Origin: a virus
IMG/VR virus record: IMGVR_UViG_2911509878_000001
Location: 1-44,795 of that record
DNA: 44,795 nucleotides
Direction: 5' to 3' (one strand)
The translations under genes and the position numbers were made by a program. Each line of letters opens with the position of its first letter. Position 1 is the first letter of the stretch. The notes under the pieces were generated by a model. The model saw only the letters and a program-made list of their open reading frames with translations. It searched no databases and was not told the origin of the DNA. Shown here piece after piece: positions 6,122-14,724 of the stretch.

Positions 6122-6855
6122 CTGACCACCCCCTAGACCTCCGCCCGCACGAAGTCCGCGCCTCCCTTGATGGCCGCTTGTCGCTGATCGTGAGGCCGTT
6201 GAAGCCGCAGCCATGGAACCCGGAACGGGAAAGCGACCCTGATTTTGAAGGCTGGAAATCTCACGAGGTTTTTCAGAATCAGTGCAGACGCGGAATGATG
6301 TCTCACGTTTTTGGTATCGGAACAACGCTCTGGTGCCGCGAGGCGTGGCGTGTGGGCGCTTGGCACTACAACAACGCAACGGTCGCGCTGGATTACGTGG
6401 ACGGCCCGCGCAAAGAGTGGCTGGAAGTTGATGACATCGACCAATTTCACCGTCTGCTCAATCAATCTCATGAGAATATGCGAAGGGCCGGAGTTTCGTT
6501 GAGTGATTTAGGCTATCGAGAAACACTCTGGCGACCCTCCATCACCCTGCCTCGATGGGCTTCCCGCCTGACCCTGACCGTCAAAGGTGTGGACGTGAAG
6601 CGGGTCCAGGAGATCGGCGAAAAGGAGGCCGTAGAAGCTGGGGTAACGCTTTGCCCCCATAGACGGCCAGACTATCGTGTTGAGCTTCCAACGCCAAACT
6701 ATCTAGGCGCTGACGCAGTAGACGCCAACAAGGCGCGGTCTTGTTTTAAGAGCCTTTGGAACGCCGCTCACGGCCCCGACGCCTGGGACCGCAATCCATG
6801 GTGCGCTTTCTACAGCGTCACCATCCACCCCACCAACATAGACATGGAAGGATAG
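6118..6855 (+). CDS. Hypothetical protein (245 aa); N-terminus resembles ASCH/PUA-like phage proteins (weak)
   Basis: LRPHEVRASLDGRLSLIVRPLKPQPW motif. ATGACTGA junction start. Confidence 0.55.
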   Translation: MTDHPLDLRPHEVRASLDGRLSLIVRPLKPQPWNPERESDPDFEGWKSHEVFQNQCRRGMMSHVFGIGTTLWCREAWRVGAWHYNNATVALDYVDGPRKEWLEVDDIDQFHRLLNQSHENMRRAGVSLSDLGYRETLWRPSITLPRWASRLTLTVKGVDVKRVQEIGEKEAVEAGVTLCPHRRPDYRVELPTPNYLGADAVDANKARSCFKSLWNAAHGPDAWDRNPWCAFYSVTIHPTNIDMEG

Positions 6856-6859
6856 AGCG

Positions 6860-7111
6860 ATGACCAATAAACCTTGGTGGTGGCCGCAGCGAGTAGATCA
6901 GGAATGGCTGCAACGGCTTCGACAAGATTATCCAGACAAAGCGGATTGGAGTGACGATAGTCTAATCGACTATTTTAACGATGGTCGAATGAAATTTTCG
7001 GATACCTGGGATCACCTTGGGGACGCCCGGGATGAATATGAAAAATTAGCCTCCGCCTTTTTGGACTTGGTTGAAAAGCACGGCCTTTCTCCGAGTGATT
7101 TTAACAACTGA
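6860..7111 (+). CDS. Hypothetical protein (83 aa), bracketed by 13-bp direct repeats
   Basis: ATGGAAGGATAGA occurs at 6844-6856 and 7113-7125. Confidence 0.65.
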   Translation: MTNKPWWWPQRVDQEWLQRLRQDYPDKADWSDDSLIDYFNDGRMKFSDTWDHLGDARDEYEKLASAFLDLVEKHGLSPSDFNN

Positions 7112-7127
7112 TATGGAAGGATAGAAG

Positions 7128-7715
7128 ATGGACGAAACCAGTAGAGACGGAGGGGCGGCGTTCCCGATCGCCACAATCGATGGCTTTTCGCAAGAAGGCA
7201 TGAGCCTGCGGGATTGGTTCGCAGGTCATACTTTGGTTATCATGATGACGCGTCATGGTATTGCCTCACCAGATGATGCAGCGCGAGCAAGCTATAGAAT
7301 GGCAGACGCCATGATCGCCGCCCGCCAAGAGGGGGGGAATGTGATGACCAAAGCTGATGCACTGATAGAGCTACGGGAGAAGGTGAAATCAGGGGAACGC
7401 ATCTCGTTCGATGATACCGATAGTCTGTGCGCTCAACTCATTGATGGATCGACTCTAGAAGATGCGGGAAAGTTTCGTCAGGCGATGGAGCCACGTGGGT
7501 TACATGATACGCACTGGCTTCATGAGACGGTGTTACCGACATGGTCGTGGTCTTTAAAAACACTTTCAAACGGAATGCACCAAGCCTGGACTGATGAACG
7601 ATACGGCTTGCGGCGTCCTGGGCATGTAGCGGCTCACTCTAACCCCGCCCGCGCTTGGCTTCTAGCAATACTTGACGCCCTCATAGAACAGGAGAAGAGC
7701 GATGCCGATCAATAA
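7128..7715 (+). CDS. Hypothetical protein (195 aa)
   Basis: SD GGAAGGA upstream. It contains the GMSLRDWFAG-type motif, which I recall as common in small phage proteins. Confidence 0.65.
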   Translation: MDETSRDGGAAFPIATIDGFSQEGMSLRDWFAGHTLVIMMTRHGIASPDDAARASYRMADAMIAARQEGGNVMTKADALIELREKVKSGERISFDDTDSLCAQLIDGSTLEDAGKFRQAMEPRGLHDTHWLHETVLPTWSWSLKTLSNGMHQAWTDERYGLRRPGHVAAHSNPARAWLLAILDALIEQEKSDADQ

Positions 7716-8037
7716 GCATGATCAACCACAAGAGGCGACCTACGATTTCGCTGAATTTCTTCGGGAATTAAAAGGTGCTGACCGGGTGATCATAGAAACT
7801 CGTAATGCCTTGAAGTTGATGGATGTGCACTGCATACCCGCCCGCGCGCTCCTAGAAACCCTCGCCTCTGACAACGCCGCCAAAGACGCGGAGATAGCTC
7901 GGTTACTGTCCAAAGTTTCAGAATTAAAGGCTCAAGTTTTTTACGAGAAGGAGGAAAATCGTTGGGCTTATATTCAAGCCGCCTTTGAAGACAGTTGGAA
8001 TCAAATACGCGAGGAAAAAGAAAATGAAAATGACTGA
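7702..8037 (+). CDS. Hypothetical coiled-coil protein (111 aa)
   Basis: Intact ORF that overlaps its neighbours. Confidence 0.65.
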   Translation: MPINKHDQPQEATYDFAEFLRELKGADRVIIETRNALKLMDVHCIPARALLETLASDNAAKDAEIARLLSKVSELKAQVFYEKEENRWAYIQAAFEDSWNQIREEKENEND

Positions 8038-8263
8038 AAAGAAAGCTGATATTATTGGCCTAATCTTACTATGGTTCGTGTCTTTTTATTACGGGCCTCT
8101 AAGTTTTCATTTGATAGAAAACACTCCTACCTTTCGCGGTATGCTTTCCTTTATTTCCTCTATGTTCTTTGTCATCGGCACTGTTTACTTTTTAGTTTTT
8201 AAATGGGGAATTGTCTTCACCTGGTTTTGGAATAAACTTTTTTACGAGGGAGATGAAGAATGA
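8024..8263 (+). CDS. Small membrane protein (79 aa, two hydrophobic helices)
   Basis: IIGLILLWFVSFYYGPL and MFFVIGTVYFLVFKWGIVFTWFW. Confidence 0.6.
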   Translation: MKMTEKKADIIGLILLWFVSFYYGPLSFHLIENTPTFRGMLSFISSMFFVIGTVYFLVFKWGIVFTWFWNKLFYEGDEE

Positions 8264-8565
8264 CTGAAACCACAGCCGAGGAATACACTTTCAGCGCACA
8301 ACGCTACGTCGCAACGCAATACATCATAATCCCCCACGAGGACAAGTTCCTCCTCGGAACCGCCTACGGCCAGCACCGCACCTACAACGGCGTATTCACC
8401 GCCGAAGAGCTTCTAACTCACTTAACCGAGGACTTCAACCACAACCTGAAGAACGCCGAGCACCAGCGCAAGCACGCAGAAGCGATAGCCGCCGAACGAC
8501 AAGCCCGGGAAACTACAATCGCAAGCGTGGAAAATTCCATGCTCAACATCAAACTGGACCTTTAA
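8260..8565 (+). CDS. Hypothetical protein (101 aa)
   Basis: ATGACTGA junction start. Confidence 0.65.
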   Translation: MTETTAEEYTFSAQRYVATQYIIIPHEDKFLLGTAYGQHRTYNGVFTAEELLTHLTEDFNHNLKNAEHQRKHAEAIAAERQARETTIASVENSMLNIKLDL

Positions 8566-8576
8566 AGGAGTCAACC

Positions 8577-8855
8577 ATGTCACTTAAATTACACAGCCTT
8601 ACAATCGAGCCTCGTCTTTCTTATCACGATGTAAGCCCAACAAATCCACTACGGGCTAAAGTAAAACTTAAATCAGACTCCACGATAGTCGAGTCAATCC
8701 TTCCAGATGACGCAATGGAAAGGATTCTAGAAGTGTGTCAGGTCTTGATTGTCGAAGGCGCTGACCGGGCAATGACGGAGTTTGTAAACTCAAGTCGCGC
8801 TTTGGAAAATGAAAGTCCACTGCAAATAGAAGACGACGACGAAATCCCCTTCTAA
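8577..8855 (+). CDS. Hypothetical protein (92 aa)
   Basis: SD AAAGGAGTCAA upstream. Confidence 0.7.
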   Translation: MSLKLHSLTIEPRLSYHDVSPTNPLRAKVKLKSDSTIVESILPDDAMERILEVCQVLIVEGADRAMTEFVNSSRALENESPLQIEDDDEIPF

Positions 8856-8866
8856 GGAACACCCCC

Positions 8867-10288
8867 ATGCCAAAGCGTAAAACCCCAAAAAGTTACAAGT
8901 ATAAGCCTATGTATAAGTTGCCGGACATTGATTTCCGTAAGTATGAACCCAGAACCTACTTATATAATCTAGAAACTAACAGTCGCCCGCGCTGCGCTAC
9001 ATACGACCCCTGTCCTATCTGTGATCCGAAGGACGCAGCCTATCGAGTCGTTTTCAATAACGAGAAGATAGACCCACGAACAAAAGATGAATGTAGTCCA
9101 TCAAGATGGGACGTTTTCATGCGCTACTTAGATCAAGCAAGTCGAGAAAAGAGAAAAATGGAACCCTCCAAATCTAACCCCTCTATTACTGATTATGATG
9201 ATTATTTAGATGAGGTTAGAAAAGCATTTGTTTCAGCCCCCTACACAATTGCTAAACCAGAACCAAAACCTGAACCACCCGCTGTTCCCTCCGAAGTCGC
9301 CCCATTCCTAACCGACGCCCCTGCCGGTTCTTTCGAGACCATCATCGGACAGGAAGAAGCACTATCCGAATTGCGCGCGGCTATTGAAGGCCCCATTAAG
9401 CAGAAGGGGCTTTATCAAAAATATTCCCTCCCACATCCGAAAGGTGCGCTTCTATTCGGTCCGCCCGGTTGCGGCAAGACCCTCTTCGCCAAAGCCGCCG
9501 CTTCCGAGCTTTCCCGCCTCTACAACACTAACAATTCCAAACTCATAAGCCTTTCCGGCACAGAACTACAGTCGAGTTACGTCGGGGAAACCGAAAAACG
9601 CATAAAGGCAATATTCAATTACGCGCGGGCCTACAAGGCTCATTACGGCCATCCCCTTCTCATCTTCTTTGACGAGGCCGAAGCCTTGTTCCCCGACCGC
9701 AACAGCAAAGGCCGTCGCGTCTACGGTTACGAAGAGTCACAGGTCGCCACTTTCCTCGCAGAGATCGACGGCATGAAAGAAAACGGTGCCTTTCTACTCC
9801 TAGCAACCAACCGCCAGCACGCGATTGATGAGGCCCTTCTCCGTGACGGACGGTGCGATTTCAAAATTCAAATCACCCGGCCTTCACGCGAGGCGGTGGA
9901 AACAATCCTTCGCCTTGAGTTTGAAAAGAAGCCCATTGCCGACACCATCGAGGACTTAACCTTCGCCGCACTTGAAAGCCTGTACAGCCCCCACAATATC
10001 TTGAAAGAAGGTATCATCGTTGATATTGATTTCGAGAAAAAGAAGATAAAGAAGGAAGGCCAGGCTTTTTTGCTCGAGCACATAATGTCAGGCGCAATCG
10101 CCGCAAGCATTCCCAATCGCGCTGCCCGTGTCGCCTTCGCGCGGGAGGTAAAAGGCGAAGGCCCTTCCGGCATTTCTATCCCCGACGTCCTGACAGCCAT
10201 CACACGATTGTTTGAGGAAAACAAACCCCTCGATCACTCCTTTGCCCTCAAGGAGTTCGTCGAAAATTTGCGAAAGGAACACCAATGA
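8867..10288 (+). CDS. Classical AAA-family ATPase (Cdc48/FtsH/katanin type) with an N-terminal Cys cluster and a Pro-rich linker
   Basis: Walker A GPPGCGKT, Walker B LLIFFDEAEA, second region of homology ATNRQHAIDEALLRDGRCD. N-terminus has CATYDPCPIC and a KPEPKPEPP linker. Confidence 0.85.
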   Translation: MPKRKTPKSYKYKPMYKLPDIDFRKYEPRTYLYNLETNSRPRCATYDPCPICDPKDAAYRVVFNNEKIDPRTKDECSPSRWDVFMRYLDQASREKRKMEPSKSNPSITDYDDYLDEVRKAFVSAPYTIAKPEPKPEPPAVPSEVAPFLTDAPAGSFETIIGQEEALSELRAAIEGPIKQKGLYQKYSLPHPKGALLFGPPGCGKTLFAKAAASELSRLYNTNNSKLISLSGTELQSSYVGETEKRIKAIFNYARAYKAHYGHPLLIFFDEAEALFPDRNSKGRRVYGYEESQVATFLAEIDGMKENGAFLLLATNRQHAIDEALLRDGRCDFKIQITRPSREAVETILRLEFEKKPIADTIEDLTFAALESLYSPHNILKEGIIVDIDFEKKKIKKEGQAFLLEHIMSGAIAASIPNRAARVAFAREVKGEGPSGISIPDVLTAITRLFEENKPLDHSFALKEFVENLRKEHQ

Positions 10289-10551
10289 CTTCCCTATCCA
10301 CCTGCATTAAAACCGGCGCAGTCGTCTACCTCGCCCAATACAACGAGCACATCATCACGGACTTAATGGAACTCGGAGATGTTTATCATTTCCTCGTTTG
10401 GACTGAAAATCATGTCGTCAGGGGAAAGCCAGACATGTGTAATCTTGTAGTTCATGAGGTATCAACTCAACGAAAGGTAGGACGTGAGTGCCTTGCCCAC
10501 AAAGATTATTGTTCCCGCTTCGTATATGAAGGCTTTCCCCTGACTGCTTAA
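10285..10551 (+). CDS. Hypothetical protein (88 aa)
   Basis: ATGA-coupled. Confidence 0.6.
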   Translation: MTSLSTCIKTGAVVYLAQYNEHIITDLMELGDVYHFLVWTENHVVRGKPDMCNLVVHEVSTQRKVGRECLAHKDYCSRFVYEGFPLTA

Positions 10552-10576
10552 AACAACCACAACCGGAGTCATCAAA

Positions 10577-10804
10577 ATGAACCACAAACTCACAAAAGAA
10601 GAACGTAAAAACCTAGTTGATAAGATCAACAAAATAATCGACAGCACTAATATGACTGATAAGGATTTCATGATAATAATTACCATTCTAATAGCGGCTC
10701 GTTTTCCCGATCCGAAACAATACGCCTTCTTTACACAAGAGATTTCAATAGGCGGCGTAAGGTCTCTTTTAAAATATGAAGAAGAACATGGAGCAATGCA
10801 ATGA
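10577..10804 (+). CDS. Hypothetical protein (75 aa)
   Basis: SD CGGAGTCA upstream. Confidence 0.6.
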   Translation: MNHKLTKEERKNLVDKINKIIDSTNMTDKDFMIIITILIAARFPDPKQYAFFTQEISIGGVRSLLKYEEEHGAMQ

Positions 10805-12249
10805 ACCTCACCGCCGAACAAACTGCCATCATTGACGCCGCCGTCAACACCTCAACAAACCTTTCAATCATCGCCCGAGCAGGCGCAGCGAAGACCACAA
10901 CCCTAATCAAAATCGCGGAAGCTCTCCCAACCGTCCCAATGCTTTGCCTCGCCTTCAATAAATCAGTTGCAGAAGAAATGCGTATGCGCCTCCCGCGTAA
11001 TTGTGAAAGTAAAACTCTACACGCCATAGGCTACAAAGCCTGGTTCGATTTCATTCGTCGCAAAACCACCCTCGACAACGGCAAGGTTTATCGCCTTACT
11101 AAATCCCTCATCAGCACCTACGACGAAGACGAGCGAGTTCTTCTTTACGAGGAGATGGGAGACCTCATGAAATTCATTAACGACGGGAAAACTGCAGGTT
11201 GGCTTCCAGAAGAATACAAAGGCCATTGGCGTCCTTTGATAAATGATGAGGAATTTTTTGAGGAGCTTCCCCGTGAGTTATCTCCGGTGGAAGAGGACTT
11301 AATCAAAACCGTATCCGTCCAATCCTTCAAAGAAAGTCTTAACGGTTCCATCGACTTCAACGACATGATATTTTGCCCCGCGATTTGTGGAGTAAGTTGG
11401 CCTTCGTTCCCGCTTACATTGATTGACGAGGCCCAAGACCTCTCTCCTATCAACCACCATATCCTCAAGAAGATGGTACGGAAGGATAGGATTATCGCCG
11501 TAGGCGACCCCTTCCAGGCCATTTATGGTTTTCGCGGGGCTTCCACTCGATCGATGGAAAACCTCATCGAAATGTTCGACATGCAAACCTTCAAACTCAC
11601 AATCACTTTCCGTTGTGGAAAAGAGATCGTGCGAAACGCACAGTGGCGCGCGCCGGACATGACTGCTTTCCCCTCCAACGTTGACGGACAGGTAGAACGC
11701 CCCATCAGTTGGAAGACGGAAGACTTGTCCGCAGGCGACGCTATCATTTGCCGCAACAACGCGCCTTTGTTTTCAGTTGCAATCAAGCTGATCAAGGAGG
11801 GCCAACTCCCCGAGCTTTCTGGCCGCGACATTGGTAAGTCAATCGTCAAGGTTATTAAGAAGCTTGGCGCTGACGATCTTCCTAAGGACGAGGCACGAGA
11901 AAAGCTGCAAGAGTGGCGGGACAGGGAACTTGACCGCGCGCGCGCAGGCGCCGAAGGGCGGATACATGATATGTTCGCCTGCGTCAACATTTTGTTAGCC
12001 GAAGTCGAAACGCTTGGCGAAACAAAGGCCTATCTAAATCATCTTCTATCCCGTGAGGGACGTATCCTTTTAATGACGGGACATAAATCAAAGGGCCTGG
12101 AGTTCAACAACGTCTGGTTTCTTGATCAGTTCCTTTGCCGATTAAAGTACGAACAGGACGCAAACCTTAAATACGTCATTGAAACGCGCGCGAAGGAACG
12201 CCTAACATATATCCAATCGGAAGACTTTGTATCTGCCCGAGTTGAATGA
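10801..12249 (+). CDS. UvrD/Rep-like superfamily-1 DNA helicase
   Basis: ARAGAAKTT (Walker A-like), LIDEAQDLSP (motif II), VGDPFQAIYGFRGA (III), TGHKSKGLEF (V) and YVIETRAKERL (VI). Confidence 0.85.
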   Translation: MNLTAEQTAIIDAAVNTSTNLSIIARAGAAKTTTLIKIAEALPTVPMLCLAFNKSVAEEMRMRLPRNCESKTLHAIGYKAWFDFIRRKTTLDNGKVYRLTKSLISTYDEDERVLLYEEMGDLMKFINDGKTAGWLPEEYKGHWRPLINDEEFFEELPRELSPVEEDLIKTVSVQSFKESLNGSIDFNDMIFCPAICGVSWPSFPLTLIDEAQDLSPINHHILKKMVRKDRIIAVGDPFQAIYGFRGASTRSMENLIEMFDMQTFKLTITFRCGKEIVRNAQWRAPDMTAFPSNVDGQVERPISWKTEDLSAGDAIICRNNAPLFSVAIKLIKEGQLPELSGRDIGKSIVKVIKKLGADDLPKDEAREKLQEWRDRELDRARAGAEGRIHDMFACVNILLAEVETLGETKAYLNHLLSREGRILLMTGHKSKGLEFNNVWFLDQFLCRLKYEQDANLKYVIETRAKERLTYIQSEDFVSARVE

Positions 12250-12515
12250 TATGGTTGACATTTCCAACCGTTTATGGTAGAAACAACAACCTACGGAGTC
12301 AACCCATCATGTCAATTTTTGGATACCCCTCGAATGAGGATTTCATCAGAACCGCCGCCTGTCCGGTATGTTGTTCTATGATAAACGAGCCGTGTGTCTT
12401 CGCACGCTGCGATGACCCCTACGGCAAACGTATGGCGGCACGTAAGTCCCATGATGAGCGCGTTTTGAAAGCCCGTGAACGGTTGGCCGAGTCAACAATC
12501 AAACTATCTATGTGA
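12246..12515 (+). CDS. Hypothetical Cys-containing protein (89 aa; alternative start 12309 gives 68 aa)
   Basis: ATGA overlap at 12246. An internal ATG at 12309 has SD ACGGAGTCAA. CPVCC...C...C cluster. Confidence 0.55.
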   Translation: MIWLTFPTVYGRNNNLRSQPIMSIFGYPSNEDFIRTAACPVCCSMINEPCVFARCDDPYGKRMAARKSHDERVLKARERLAESTIKLSM

Positions 12516-12525
12516 GGACGAAAAG

Positions 12526-12798
12526 ATGAATGAAACAACTGATGCACCAATAACGACTGAAATGATGCAGTTGGTTGAAATAGTTGAGGGCTTGATTGGT
12601 CGAATGCGCTACAACAATAAGGTTTTGGAAGATATTATCTACCGAGTTTATGGTATTTACCCAAGCCCTGAAGACGCACCTGAAGAACAAGTCGATAGTA
12701 AAGAAGGAAGTCTCCCAAAAATGAATGAAGGTTTGAATAAAATCGAAGCTGAAATCAACGCTACTTGCGGATACTTGGAGTTATTGGGACGGCTTTAA
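12526..12798 (+). CDS. Hypothetical protein (90 aa)
   Basis: SD GAGGA upstream of MNETTD. Confidence 0.6.
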   Translation: MNETTDAPITTEMMQLVEIVEGLIGRMRYNNKVLEDIIYRVYGIYPSPEDAPEEQVDSKEGSLPKMNEGLNKIEAEINATCGYLELLGRL

Positions 12799-12876
12799 TT
12801 TGCAGGTTTGTGTATGGCTATTAAATCCACTTTAACCGCCATATCAACCCCGAATAATTCGCAATGGCCGCGCGAT

Positions 12877-12906
12877 TTGTTCTTGAATAACCCAGGCCGA
12901 TAGGAT
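12877..12906 (+). promoter_or_regulatory. Candidate promoter for the 12943 gene
   Basis: TTGTTC, 18 nt, TAGGAT, within a 144-bp non-coding gap. Confidence 0.3.
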
Positions 12907-12942
12907 ACCGTTTTCGCGTATCAACAAAAAGGAGTGCCAACC

Positions 12943-13449
12943 ATGGCAGATACAGAGACCAAAACCAAGACTGTAACCATTGCCGGAATTTCTTTCGAGA
13001 TCGGCCAACCATTTGACGAGGGTCACACTTGCACCGCCGCTGAGGCCAAAGTCCTCAACCAAGTCCGCGCCGAAAACATCGGCAACAATGTTCGCAAGCG
13101 CATCAACGAACTGAAGGACGAGGAAGGCAACATCGACGCCGCCGGTTCCAAGGCCGCTGTCAAGCTTGTAGCCGAAGTCGATGAAGGCTACGAGTTCACC
13201 CTCGCAACCGTGGGCGCGCGGCGTGTCACTGATCCACTCGAGCGGGAAATCTTGTCCCTCGCACGGTCCGTTGTTGCAAACAACATCAAAGAGTCCGGCA
13301 AGACTGTCAAAGATTTCCGCGAAGCCGAGGGCGGCGAGGAGCGTTACGCGCAACTCATCGAACAGGTTTCCGAAATGGATGCTGTCAAAGACGCGGCCAA
13401 ACAACAACTGCAAGCCAAGAGCGGCTTGACGGAACTCAAGCTTAGCTAA
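12943..13449 (+). CDS. Hypothetical protein (168 aa), stand-alone unit with its own terminator
   Basis: SD AAAGGAG upstream, a non-coding gap upstream and a hairpin terminator downstream. Confidence 0.75.
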   Translation: MADTETKTKTVTIAGISFEIGQPFDEGHTCTAAEAKVLNQVRAENIGNNVRKRINELKDEEGNIDAAGSKAAVKLVAEVDEGYEFTLATVGARRVTDPLEREILSLARSVVANNIKESGKTVKDFREAEGGEERYAQLIEQVSEMDAVKDAAKQQLQAKSGLTELKLS

Positions 13450-13479
13450 TCCTCCCCAGGCAGCAAGCTAAGTTTGACA

Positions 13480-13526
13480 GGGGGCGAGGATTTCCCCTGA
13501 CTCCAAGTCCTCGCCCCCGCACTTTT
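13480..13526 (+). terminator. Rho-independent-type terminator
   Basis: GGGGGCGAGGA (13480-13490), 17-nt loop, TCCTCGCCCCC (13508-13518), then GCACTTTT. Confidence 0.65.
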
Positions 13527-13546
13527 CGCAATCACAGGAGCTTAAA

Positions 13547-13903
13547 ATGAAAGCCCCCACCTTCCCAAATGTTAAAGTAGTCGGAATGCACTTTCGCGGA
13601 GACCACGCCAAAGCCTGGGCAGAAGCAGTTGAGCCTGGCACTGAAGTCTTCTACGAACGTGAGCCGGAAAACAAATATGACTCCTACGCCATCAAAGTCC
13701 TATATAACCTGCAACACGTAGGTTACATCGAAGCCACACAAGCCTGTTTCATTGCGCCTTGGATGGACGAGGGCACGGAATTTACCTGCATCGTCACAGA
13801 CAAACAGCCCGGCGCGCGCGCAAACATTCATCCCATTGTTTGCTTTACGCCGCTGGAAGAAGCCGAAGAGGTCGTTGAAGAGCAGATTGAAGAAACTGTT
13901 TAA
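13547..13903 (+). CDS. Stand-alone HIRAN-domain protein
   Basis: VKVVGMHFRG...VFYEREPENKYDSYAIKV...VGYI matches the HIRAN pattern (VG-x-x-[FY]-x-G...REP-x-N-x-YD-x-x-AI-x-V...GY[IV]). Confidence 0.7.
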   Translation: MKAPTFPNVKVVGMHFRGDHAKAWAEAVEPGTEVFYEREPENKYDSYAIKVLYNLQHVGYIEATQACFIAPWMDEGTEFTCIVTDKQPGARANIHPIVCFTPLEEAEEVVEEQIEETV

Positions 13904-13905
13904 GA

Positions 13906-14139
13906 ATGACAAAGCGTGACATGCAAACTGAGGCGACACTCCTTGACATTCTTTACCGCGCCTATCGTTCCGAGCTTGGTGTTGAAATAGAGGCAAGTAA
14001 TCCGACGTTGGTCACGCAACGGCTGTATAAAATCCGGACGGAAAACGAGGAGCTAAAAACCCTCACAATCCGCCCGGCCCCGCTCAAACCCGACACTCAC
14101 ATATGGATTGTTAGAAGCGATGCCTCAGTCGAAACTTAA
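13906..14139 (+). CDS. Hypothetical protein (77 aa)
   Basis: Intact ORF 2 nt after the upstream stop. Confidence 0.6.
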   Translation: MTKRDMQTEATLLDILYRAYRSELGVEIEASNPTLVTQRLYKIRTENEELKTLTIRPAPLKPDTHIWIVRSDASVET

Positions 14140-14308
14140 AAAACACACACTGTTTTTAAACGCGGGCGATTACGACTACCTCGCAGAAGTCGGCGCAGCC
14201 AGCGGCAAACCAGCGGCACAGATCATCCGCGAGCTTGTAACAATTTACGTCAACAAGCTTAAAGACCAGGAACAAATCCCTGACATCAAGGTGAATATAA
14301 ATGACTGA
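14120..14308 (+). CDS. Ribbon-helix-helix (CopG/Arc-like) protein (start 14108 or 14120)
   Basis: KKHTLFLNAGDYDYLAEVGAASGKPAAQIIRELV fits a beta-strand, helix, helix layout. Confidence 0.55.
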   Translation: MPQSKLKKHTLFLNAGDYDYLAEVGAASGKPAAQIIRELVTIYVNKLKDQEQIPDIKVNIND

Positions 14309-14504
14309 ACTCACCCCAACCGAAATGACAGCCCTCTATATGAAAGACCCACTTGAGCTTACTGACGAAGACATCGGACACATCATTCAGCGCGAGCGAG
14401 AGCGGCGGAAAAATTTCAAGGCCATGCCCGCGAAATCCGCCGGTAAAACCTCCAATACCAAAGCAGGCAAGGCCGGTCTCGGCGCAATCAAGCTGGAGAT
14501 TTGA
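14301..14504 (+). CDS. Hypothetical protein (67 aa)
   Basis: ATGACTGA junction start. Confidence 0.6.
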   Translation: MTELTPTEMTALYMKDPLELTDEDIGHIIQRERERRKNFKAMPAKSAGKTSNTKAGKAGLGAIKLEI

Positions 14505-14505
14505 C

Positions 14506-14724
14506 ATGGTGTTGTTTGATTTAGAGGTTGAGCTTGAAGATGGCAAGCTCGTCAAAGAAGCCTGCTTCAACATGATTGAGGCCTTGCGAGACGCTGGCGT
14601 ATTGTTTGTTTGCAACGAAGGACACATTCATCTTGTTGCAGTTGTCCAGCCAAACGCAGACCCAGAAGCGATTGAATACAATTTCTGCATGGAGGTAGCG
14701 TCCGGTGCAAAGACTCTCAACTAA
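14506..14724 (+). CDS. Hypothetical protein (72 aa)
   Basis: ATG 1 nt after the upstream stop. The longer track ORF from 14353 overlaps the previous gene. Confidence 0.55.
   Translation: MVLFDLEVELEDGKLVKEACFNMIEALRDAGVLFVCNEGHIHLVAVVQPNADPEAIEYNFCMEVASGAKTLN

Noticed and set aside
5037-6379. Minus-strand ORFs 5037..5459 (140 aa) and 5894..6379 (161 aa)
   Set aside because: They are antisense to tightly coupled + strand genes. The products are Arg/Ser/Cys-rich, they have no SD, and they break the strand polarity of the arm.
12844-13413. 189-aa ORF on the - strand
   Set aside because: It is antisense to the 12943..13449 gene, which has an SD, a non-coding gap upstream and a terminator downstream. 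The minus-strand ORF would sit alone inside the rightward arm.
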